Source: a virus. From it: DNA of 64,000 bases. Under the pieces are notes generated by a model. It searched no databases. It saw only the letters and a list, made by a program, of their open reading frames with translations, and had not been told where the DNA came from. The DNA lies in the IMG/VR virus record IMGVR_UViG_3300009085_000028, positions 6,394 through 70,393 of that record; one strand, written 5' to 3'. Made by a program: the position numbers and the translations under genes. Shown here piece by piece: positions 56,721-64,000 of the stretch. Each line of letters starts with the position of its first letter. Positions within the stretch are counted from its first letter, which is position 1.

Positions 56721-57902
56721 ATGGATAAAAGAATAAAGGTTTTATTTTGGGGTGATGGTGTTATTGAAACAGGGTTTGCAAGGGTATTACACTCAATCGC
56801 AAAATACTTACCCCAGGAGAAGTTTAATATTTCTTGGTTAGCGGTTAATTACTTTGGTGATCCTCACCCATATCATAATCTTAGGATTTATCCTGCTTCT
56901 TTGAAGGGGGATATTTATGGGCTGAAAAGAATTCCAGATCTAATTAATATTGAAAAGCCGGATGTTATTTTTATTCTAAATGATGCGTGGGTACAACATC
57001 CCATGCTCGATGCGATTAAACAAGCTTATGGTAATAATCCGCTGCCAAAAATTGTAAGCTATATTCCAGTAGATGCAAAAGATCATGATCCAGATTGGTA
57101 TGCTAATTTTGATATTGTAACTCATCCGGTTGCATATACAGAATTTGGTAAAATTGAAATAATAAAGGCACGGCCTGATCTTGAGAATAAAATAAAGGTT
57201 ATTAATCACGGGGTTGATTTGTCAGTATTTCACCCACTAAAGGATTCTAAAGAACAGGTCAAGAAAACAATTTTCCCTAACAGACCTGATTTTTATCAAG
57301 ATAGCTTCATTGTTCTAAATGCGAATCGCAACCAACCTCGCAAGAGAATTGATATTACGATGGAAGCGTTCAAGCTATTCGCTGAGGGAAAACCACTAAA
57401 CGTAAAACTATACTTACACATGGGAGTTCAAGACTCTCATATAAACATTAGTAAGATGGCTAGTAGATTGGGTCTAGCAGATAGATTGATTATTACTAGC
57501 CTTAGAAACGGTGTACAAACTGTAACCACTGAAAGGCTGAACCTAATTTATAATGCTACCGATGTGGGCATAAACACAGGTCTAGGTGAAGGATGGGGAT
57601 TAGTAAATATGGAACACGCAGTAACGGGCGCACCACAAGTTGTGGCAGATAGTAGCGCCCTACAAGAACTTTATTATGATTGCGGCCTAACTATTCCAAC
57701 TACCATGAGCTACACTCTAGATAATATTATGACCACTGGTATGCTTGTAAAACCAGAGGACACCGCTGAAAAGCTACAAATTCTATACGAAGACAAAGAG
57801 CTTTATAAGACATTATCAAAGCGCGGCGCAGCTAAGTTTTCTTCTCCTGAATATTCTTGGAGAGAAATTGCAAAACAGTGGGCAACTTTATTTGAGGTAT
57901 AA
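56721..57902 (+). CDS. GT4 (GT-B fold) glycosyltransferase
   Basis: Motifs TGFARV, HGVD, NRNQPRKRID, IYNATDVG and GEGWGL..EHA..G.PQV. Confidence 0.9.
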   Translation: MDKRIKVLFWGDGVIETGFARVLHSIAKYLPQEKFNISWLAVNYFGDPHPYHNLRIYPASLKGDIYGLKRIPDLINIEKPDVIFILNDAWVQHPMLDAIKQAYGNNPLPKIVSYIPVDAKDHDPDWYANFDIVTHPVAYTEFGKIEIIKARPDLENKIKVINHGVDLSVFHPLKDSKEQVKKTIFPNRPDFYQDSFIVLNANRNQPRKRIDITMEAFKLFAEGKPLNVKLYLHMGVQDSHINISKMASRLGLADRLIITSLRNGVQTVTTERLNLIYNATDVGINTGLGEGWGLVNMEHAVTGAPQVVADSSALQELYYDCGLTIPTTMSYTLDNIMTTGMLVKPEDTAEKLQILYEDKELYKTLSKRGAAKFSSPEYSWREIAKQWATLFEV

Positions 57903-57905
57903 ATA

Positions 57906-58340
57906 ATGCTTATTACCTTCCCTACAAACACTACAGAAGTGATCGATGCTATTCGCTCCGCAATTGGTAGAGAAGTCACCTTTTACGCTGAGTATAGTGT
58001 TCCTTGTTCGGCATGTACGCTAGATCCTGTCACTAATACTTCTACTAACTCTTTCTGTCTTGTGTGTTCGGGAGAAGGTTATGTTATTACTTACTCCGGT
58101 ACGACACTCACTGGTCATGTGACACATTATCCATCAGAGATAATGCAATGGTCTACAGGGGGCCAGTACATTGAGGGAGATTGCAGAGTTCAAATTAAAT
58201 ACACCCCGGCTAATATTACCGTAGTTGATACGGCTTCCTATGCAATAATTGATGGAAAGAAATTCGATGTTAGAAAAAAAATCATGCGGGGGTTTAGGGA
58301 ACTAAACAGGATCTTAATTGATCTTATTCAAAGACAATAA
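57906..58340 (+). CDS. Head-closure protein candidate
   Basis: Position; CSAC and CLVC.GEG motifs. Confidence 0.55.
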   Translation: MLITFPTNTTEVIDAIRSAIGREVTFYAEYSVPCSACTLDPVTNTSTNSFCLVCSGEGYVITYSGTTLTGHVTHYPSEIMQWSTGGQYIEGDCRVQIKYTPANITVVDTASYAIIDGKKFDVRKKIMRGFRELNRILIDLIQRQ

Positions 58341-58354
58341 GAAAGGATTATATA

Positions 58355-58585
58355 ATGGAATTCAAAATGGTTCAGAATGTTGAGACTGTAGATCTTATTC
58401 AGTTCATCAACAGGAAAAAGAAATTGCACCAGAGACTTCTTCTAAATGCTTTAGAGGAAGCTTTGGATGTGGGTTCACCAGAATACAAATTTTTGAGAAA
58501 GATTATCCTAGATAATACAAATGATTTTTCTAGATCGGTTGTAAGAACTATCTTTGGAGATTCTTTCGAGGGACTGATTAAGTAA
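58355..58585 (+). CDS. Hypothetical protein
   Basis: AAGGA RBS. Confidence 0.6.
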   Translation: MEFKMVQNVETVDLIQFINRKKKLHQRLLLNALEEALDVGSPEYKFLRKIILDNTNDFSRSVVRTIFGDSFEGLIK

Positions 58586-58586
58586 T

Positions 58587-59747
58587 ATGTACAATGAATA
58601 TATCCAAGCCATAAAAGATGATATAGCTGGATTGACTAGATTGAAAGACGCGGTAAGATATTTGAGTGCAGAGTATGAAAATCTACGGAGACTAGAAGAA
58701 AGTCTAAGTCAAAATGTTCAGCAGCAAGATGCCGCTTATCTAGCTTTAAAATCTGTTGAGCAGATGGCTATGGATATACTAGTTGAAGAAGGTATGGATG
58801 CTCTTGTCAAAACAAAAGAGTTTGATGTTCCTGTATTTAGACGAGGTTTTTTACAAGCACTACGAGATCCAGAAAATATAAGATTTAGAGTTTCCCAATC
58901 CGGGGCACTAATCGTAAGAATTACAATGAGATCTGCTGGTGACTTAGAAGATTATGCTGCCGCTATTGATAGTACTAGAGAGGATATGAGGATAAGTATT
59001 TACGGAAAAAGACCTCTACCGCCAGCATTAGCGTCTAAGATGTGGAAAGAAAAATATTACCAACCCGCTAGGGAAGGGACCACAGTTCCAATACCTAAAA
59101 AGAAAAAGAGCAAAACCGGAAGAACTAGAAAAGGTAAAGAAAGAAAAGACAAGACAGCAGAATATATTCGACAGTATTGGCAAACGATTGAAAGCAGAGC
59201 CGCCCGTTTTATGGGACTAGCTCCTTATTGGAGATTAATAAACGAAGGTACGCAACCTTTGAATAGTGATAGGGGCGGGAAACCATATCCTAGGATAAGA
59301 GCTACCAGGTTTATTGAGAGAACAATAAAACGCTTGAAGGAGCTTTATAATCAAGAGTTTAGAGAAGCTAATGAGAAGATTAGGGACTTACAAGAAACTA
59401 GAAGAAAAGTTATTAGTGCATCAAGATACTGTGAGCAAAGATTAGCCAAACTAGAAAGCATTTTAGAGAACAGACCTAAGAGAGTTGGAAGACGTGAAGC
59501 AGCTTCCAGAATCGTTTCTGACGATGAACTTAGGGAGTTCGTTGAACAAGAACTAGAAAGACAGCTTGGTTCTAGAATGAGTTTTGCTGACGCGGAAAGA
59601 ATGAACAATCTTGTATATAACATTCTCAATAATTTGGAGGGACCAATAAAATTTGAATTAACTCAAACAGGTTCACCAGAAAGAGTTAGAGTTAGATACA
59701 GGGAATTACTTAATATCGTCAGAGAATTTAGGAGTCGACGTAGATAA
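58587..59747 (+). CDS. Neck/tail-completion protein candidate (HK97 gp10-like)
   Basis: APYWRLINEGT...ATRFIE motif; basic insert. Confidence 0.5.
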   Translation: MYNEYIQAIKDDIAGLTRLKDAVRYLSAEYENLRRLEESLSQNVQQQDAAYLALKSVEQMAMDILVEEGMDALVKTKEFDVPVFRRGFLQALRDPENIRFRVSQSGALIVRITMRSAGDLEDYAAAIDSTREDMRISIYGKRPLPPALASKMWKEKYYQPAREGTTVPIPKKKKSKTGRTRKGKERKDKTAEYIRQYWQTIESRAARFMGLAPYWRLINEGTQPLNSDRGGKPYPRIRATRFIERTIKRLKELYNQEFREANEKIRDLQETRRKVISASRYCEQRLAKLESILENRPKRVGRREAASRIVSDDELREFVEQELERQLGSRMSFADAERMNNLVYNILNNLEGPIKFELTQTGSPERVRVRYRELLNIVREFRSRRR

Positions 59748-60199
59748 TGTGGCAAGAACGATTGGAAGATCTATCCGTATATTATTGGTTAAAGGATAAA
59801 TTCTCTGCTTATTCCTTTATAACAATTGTTGATGGTTATCCTGAAAATGATTTAGTTATTCCATCTATTTCTGTAGAATGGGATAGCATTGAAGGCAGAT
59901 ACCATGAACTAGGTAATCGCAAAACTGTCAAGATACGTGATTGGTATATTGACATATTTGCTAAAAATAAATCACAGCGGGATGAAATTGCCTATAAAAT
60001 TTATAATGATCTGGATGATGGAATACCAGTGTATGACTATAACGAAGGATTTCCAGAGCAGGGAGCAACACCAACTAGACTACACTCATTAATTCCAATA
60101 GAAAAGAAAATACAAAACATTAGAGTCGATCCAGAGCTTGTTGATGAATTGTATTACAGGGCAGTTGTAATCGTAACAACTGTCTATGATCAATTGTAG
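59747..60199 (+). CDS. Tail terminator
   Basis: DGYP, PSISVE, ELG, IDIFAKNKSQRDEI; immediately before the tail tube gene. Confidence 0.7.
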   Translation: MWQERLEDLSVYYWLKDKFSAYSFITIVDGYPENDLVIPSISVEWDSIEGRYHELGNRKTVKIRDWYIDIFAKNKSQRDEIAYKIYNDLDDGIPVYDYNEGFPEQGATPTRLHSLIPIEKKIQNIRVDPELVDELYYRAVVIVTTVYDQL

Positions 60200-60216
60200 G
60201 AGGATATTTTTATCAC

Positions 60217-61416
60217 ATGGCGAAACGATTAAGCATCCCTTCTAAGGAGTTACAGCTTGTCGTCGTGGGACCAAAGGACTATTTCAAAGCTTCGAGAGTA
60301 CAAAGACTATCAATTAACTCTGATATTCCTAGCACTATCGTTGATGAAATTGGTTCTGCTTCACACGCTGGCGAAGCAAAAGATACACCAAACGTAACTC
60401 TTAGCTTTTCGGCTTTTGACGTAAGTACTAAAATCTTCTCTGCCCTAACCGGCACAGATATGTCAACAGCCTACCCCGCTGCTGGTGTAGATATTTCTAG
60501 CCTAAGCGAAATTGATGCTATACTTTATGTAAAGAGTGATTCGGTTACCGACTACGTGAAATCAATCCACGCAAAAAGACTACAGATCAGAGACTTCTCA
60601 TTCAGCTACTCGGTTGATGGTGAAGCTACTGAAGATTATACCGCTGTAGGCAGCGAAAAGAGAATTTTCGCTTATGATGTTGTGGTTGATAAGTTCACTA
60701 CTGGCACTACTTCATTCACACTAACCCAAACCCCCGTACAGCTAAAGAATGGTAACTATGCTCTATCCGTAGTTCTTGACGGCGATTATCTAACTGAAGT
60801 TACTGGCACTCCTGCTACCGGTGAATACCGACTAGTTGATACTGCACTAACCACAGGTGATAGCCGAGCCGCCCAGGTACTCGTAGTGTATCATGCAAAT
60901 CCAGCCGGAACCAATTGGGCTGATGTTGCTGATGCTACCATCCCTGCTGCTATTCGTGGTAGAGACGTAAAAATTCAATTAGCGGCCAACTCACTACCAA
61001 GAGTTCAAAGCCTTACTATCAACGGTAGCCTAAACACTACTCCTGTAAGAGAACTTGGAAATCGCGGTATTGTTGGTTATCAACGACAGGTTCCAACAGT
61101 TGAAGGTACACTAACCGTACTTGATACTGACAACGAACTAGTCAACCTACTAACTTATGGTACTACAACTACTTCAGGTATTGTTGAATGGACTCCAGGA
61201 GAAGGTTGCGTCACCAGTGGTATTTCACTATCGGTGCAACTACTTGATCCTTGCGACGACTCCTCACCTTACACTGTTCTCAAGGAAATCTATCTTGACA
61301 GCATTGCAGTAGTTGGAGATGCTTACTCTGTAAACGTAAACGGTGACACTCAGCTTCAGATCAACTTCAGATCTCTAACTGCTCACTGTGTCGTGTACAG
61401 CGGTGCAAAACCCTAA
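60217..61416 (+). CDS. Major tail tube protein
   Basis: Position; two RVQ.L.IN...E(I/L)G repeats; followed by a terminator and chaperone genes. Confidence 0.75.
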   Translation: MAKRLSIPSKELQLVVVGPKDYFKASRVQRLSINSDIPSTIVDEIGSASHAGEAKDTPNVTLSFSAFDVSTKIFSALTGTDMSTAYPAAGVDISSLSEIDAILYVKSDSVTDYVKSIHAKRLQIRDFSFSYSVDGEATEDYTAVGSEKRIFAYDVVVDKFTTGTTSFTLTQTPVQLKNGNYALSVVLDGDYLTEVTGTPATGEYRLVDTALTTGDSRAAQVLVVYHANPAGTNWADVADATIPAAIRGRDVKIQLAANSLPRVQSLTINGSLNTTPVRELGNRGIVGYQRQVPTVEGTLTVLDTDNELVNLLTYGTTTTSGIVEWTPGEGCVTSGISLSVQLLDPCDDSSPYTVLKEIYLDSIAVVGDAYSVNVNGDTQLQINFRSLTAHCVVYSGAKP

Positions 61417-61463
61417 CAGTTTAATATACTAAGGCTTTGAATAAAGGATTAGTCTAACAAGGT

Positions 61464-61515
61464 ACGCCGAGAATCTTTTTAATTCATTAGACTGATTCTC
61501 GGCGTTTTTATTTTA
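61464..61515 (+). terminator. Rho-independent terminator
   Basis: ACGCCGAGAATC/GATTCTCGGCGT followed by TTTTATTTT. Confidence 0.8.
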
Positions 61516-61534
61516 ATTACGAAAGGAAAAAGGC

Positions 61535-62269
61535 ATGTTAAGTCCAGAGAAAAACGACATTGATATTTCTAAACTATTCCATTGGGGAGATAAGTTTGAA
61601 ATATTTGATAAGTATGGAAAGAAAATAACTGATGTTTATATCAGATTAGTTGGTGATGCAGATCTGAATAGAGCAAGAACTTTTGCTCTAAGAAAGAGTG
61701 CTGAACTTAGAAAGAAACTACGGACAGAGGATACAGACGAAAGACTAGCCTTTATTGCATCTATCTTCGATGTTGAAGAAAAAGAAGACCTAGTTCAGTT
61801 TTTGAGAGTTCTAAATACTAGAAGTTTTGCCCAGGAAGCAAACAAAGAAGTACGCATTCCTGTCCCAAGAGAACCACGATCAGACGCTTCTCTAGAAGAA
61901 CAAGAAGCTTATCAAATTGCAGTAGATGAACATGATAGAAAAAGAATGGATGCAATTAGTGAATATGTTTATGATAAGCTAGACGATCTTAGTAAACAAT
62001 TACATAATAAAAGTGAAGATCAACTAAGAAGACAATATGAAAAAGAAATGATCAACGAACTTTGTGAAAGAGAAATGATTGCAAAGTTTAAGGATTATTG
62101 CGTATTTCTAGCAAGCTTTAAGGATGTTAATTTTAAAGAAAGGTTTTTTGAGACTTTTGATGACTATGATAATGTGCCTACAGAAATTAAGATGCAATAT
62201 CATACAGCATATGATAGTCTAGAAATCAATGTGGAAGAACTAAAAAAATTGCTAGGAGCAACGCCATAG
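61535..62269 (+). CDS. Tail assembly chaperone (G)
   Basis: Lies between tail tube and tape measure genes; ends near slippery site A AAA AAA. Confidence 0.75.
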   Translation: MLSPEKNDIDISKLFHWGDKFEIFDKYGKKITDVYIRLVGDADLNRARTFALRKSAELRKKLRTEDTDERLAFIASIFDVEEKEDLVQFLRVLNTRSFAQEANKEVRIPVPREPRSDASLEEQEAYQIAVDEHDRKRMDAISEYVYDKLDDLSKQLHNKSEDQLRRQYEKEMINELCEREMIAKFKDYCVFLASFKDVNFKERFFETFDDYDNVPTEIKMQYHTAYDSLEINVEELKKLLGATP

Positions 62270-62541
62270 TCTCTATATGGGAAGTGTCCAAGGCGTTGCA
62301 AATCCCGCTAGACACAAAGATAAAAGAGTTAAGAGATGTTCCCTTTACTATTTCCTTTGTGATTAGAAAGCGGCAACAGATCGATAGTATTAACGAACTA
62401 CCAAAAGAAAAACGTCCAAGTGATGAACTCATTTGGAATGGGACTTCTGAAGAACTTGAAAAATGGTACGATGGCATTTTCAAGAATAAAGAGAAAACAA
62501 CAGCGGAGCTAGTCTTTTCAGACTCAGAGATTGAGAGATGA
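62242..62541 (+). CDS. Tail assembly chaperone frameshift extension (T of G-T)
   Basis: The -1 frame is open from the heptamer at 62242-62248 (IARSNAIVSIWEVSKALQIP...) to the stop overlapping the tape measure start. Confidence 0.75.
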   Translation, partial: KKIARSNAIVSIWEVSKALQIPLDTKIKELRDVPFTISFVIRKRQQIDSINELPKEKRPSDELIWNGTSEELEKWYDGIFKNKEKTTAELVFSDSEIER

Positions 62542-64000
62542 ATGAACAATTAATACAACAAATTCAAACTTTAATAGCCCAACTCGAACGGGAGAGACAG
62601 GCGTTACAAGAAGGTTCATCGGCGTATAGTACCCGTACTAGACAAATCAATGCGTTTGCGTCTGACCTTCAAAGATTAACTGGACAGGCAAGCGCATCTG
62701 CTAAAGAAATAGGAAGACTTACTGCACAATACGAGAAGTTCTTTGCTGCTCTCCAAGCTGGACAAAATGTTCAAGTACGCCTTGGTGGTGGGTTTAGAAC
62801 TAGATCAGGACAATATAACACAGAGTTTACTCCTGGAGCCGCTGGCGTGGGCGTGGGTGGAGCCTACACTAATAACGGCCCTGACTTTGATGCTGACGCT
62901 TTTGCCAACATGGGAGGAAACACAAGAGCCTCCTCTGCTGGTGGCGCATTTAGAGTAGAAAGCGACGTAAACGAAGATTTAAAGAACGCTAATGCAAAGG
63001 CCAAAGATAGCACAAAAGAAGCTGAAAAACTAAAAGCGGAAAGGGCAAAACGAAAAAAGATACTAGAAGAAGAAGCTAAAGCACGTTACGCCGGACTAGG
63101 AAAAATTCTTCCTGGTGGGGATGAGTCTGCCCAAAAGATCGGAGCAAGAGCCGCCGCTTTAGGATTCAAGCCAGAAGATTTAAAATCTATTAGTACAGAA
63201 GCTTCTACTGGAATTAGTAAAGTAAAATTCCAAATGGAAACTATGGAGGGTGTATCTAAAAGTGCTACCTTTACTGTAGATAAATTTGGACAGGTACTAG
63301 TAGATACTCAAAGAAGATTTCAATCTTTTGGTACAGCGATTGCTAAAGACATTGTAGAATTTACTAAATGGTCAATTGCCGCAGCCGCTGTTTACGTTCC
63401 ACTTCAAAAGCTTAGTGAACTTACAGAGCTAATGATAAAGAATGAATCAGCCTTGGCAGACGTTACTGTTACCCTAGCAAATTCTACTAAAACAGTTGGC
63501 GAGATTTTTGCAGCAGCTAATGATATTGCTCAACAAACTGGTGAAGAACTATCGGGTGTTATTGAGGCTTACAATCTAGCCTATAGAGCAACTGGTCAGA
63601 TTGCCGATGAAAATGAAAGATTTATTACAACAAATAAGTTACTAGCCGACTCCATTATACTATCAAAATTGTCAACGTTGGATCAGGCTCAGGCGATTGA
63701 CACTCTTTCTGCCGCTATAAAACAAACCAGTAATGATATGACTAAGGGTACTGATCTACTTGATAAGTGGGTAAAAGTTACCCAAGTAGCCAATGTTGAT
63801 CTATCTACTCTAGCTACTGGTTTTGCTGTGGTCGGGGAAGCTGCGGATAGTGTTGGTCTAAAGACAGAACAACTAAGTGCAGTTCTAGCGATTATTGCTG
63901 AAACTGGTGTAGCCTCTGGTAAAGAAGTTGCTAATACAGCAAGGGCTATGGTTGCTGGTTTTCAAACTGATACCGCTGTAAAAGCTCTAAATTCATTAGG
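62538..64000 (+). CDS. Tape measure protein, 3'-truncated
   Basis: Open from ATG at 62538 (MNEQLIQQIQTL...) to the window end; Ala/Gly-rich helical; TP901-like core. Confidence 0.85.
   Translation, partial: MNEQLIQQIQTLIAQLERERQALQEGSSAYSTRTRQINAFASDLQRLTGQASASAKEIGRLTAQYEKFFAALQAGQNVQVRLGGGFRTRSGQYNTEFTPGAAGVGVGGAYTNNGPDFDADAFANMGGNTRASSAGGAFRVESDVNEDLKNANAKAKDSTKEAEKLKAERAKRKKILEEEAKARYAGLGKILPGGDESAQKIGARAAALGFKPEDLKSISTEASTGISKVKFQMETMEGVSKSATFTVDKFGQVLVDTQRRFQSFGTAIAKDIVEFTKWSIAAAAVYVPLQKLSELTELMIKNESALADVTVTLANSTKTVGEIFAAANDIAQQTGEELSGVIEAYNLAYRATGQIADENERFITTNKLLADSIILSKLSTLDQAQAIDTLSAAIKQTSNDMTKGTDLLDKWVKVTQVANVDLSTLATGFAVVGEAADSVGLKTEQLSAVLAIIAETGVASGKEVANTARAMVAGFQTDTAVKALNSL

Noticed and set aside
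976-62549. Many short antisense or out-of-frame ORFs (e.g. 976..1233, 12645..12836, 26913..27206, 48910..49239, 59351..59629)
   Set aside because: They lie within well-supported genes and lack an RBS or recognisable motifs.
62743-62958. 71-aa ORF in the track
   Set aside because: Out-of-frame shadow inside the tape measure gene.
1-64000. Stop-codon reassignment suggested by frequent TAG trinucleotides
   Set aside because: Core genes are full length in the standard code, several end in TAG, and the TAG comes mostly from CTA-G junctions; no suppressor tRNA was seen.

Overview
A 64-kb segment of a large tailed dsDNA phage genome, probably siphovirus-like, with no host genes, integrase or CRISPR array visible. 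It has three transcription blocks. (1) 1-11.6 kb, + strand, very AT-rich: a phiEco32-like amidoligase module (class II glutamine amidotransferase, ATP-grasp ligase, two COOH-NH2 ligases, C26 gamma-glutamyl hydrolase) with a RuvB-like ATPase, an RNA ligase and many small ORFs. (2) 11.6-36.1 kb, - strand: nucleotide metabolism, DNA modification and replication (NrdJ, PAPS-reductase-like protein, three methyltransferases, dUTPase, ThyX, primase, DnaB, SSB, RecA, family A polymerase, RNase H). This block has consensus sigma70 promoters, three tRNA genes (Met-CAT, rare Ile-TAT, D-armless Arg-TCT) and two further structured-RNA candidates. (3) 36.2-64 kb, + strand, late genes: an 11-gene glycan cluster (GT11, GT2, GT25, FkbM-type methyltransferases, GalE, HddA, GmhA) and a double-GH25 lysin sit between the putative small terminase and the large terminase. 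Portal, protease/scaffold, capsid, neck (with a GT4 gene), tail tube, -1 frameshifted tail chaperones and a partial tape measure gene follow. The best novelty candidates are a late-expressed heptose/O-methyl glycan system (possible virion glycosylation), the non-canonical tRNA-like RNAs and a possible DNA-modification locus. All calls come from motif recognition by eye; no database searches were run.
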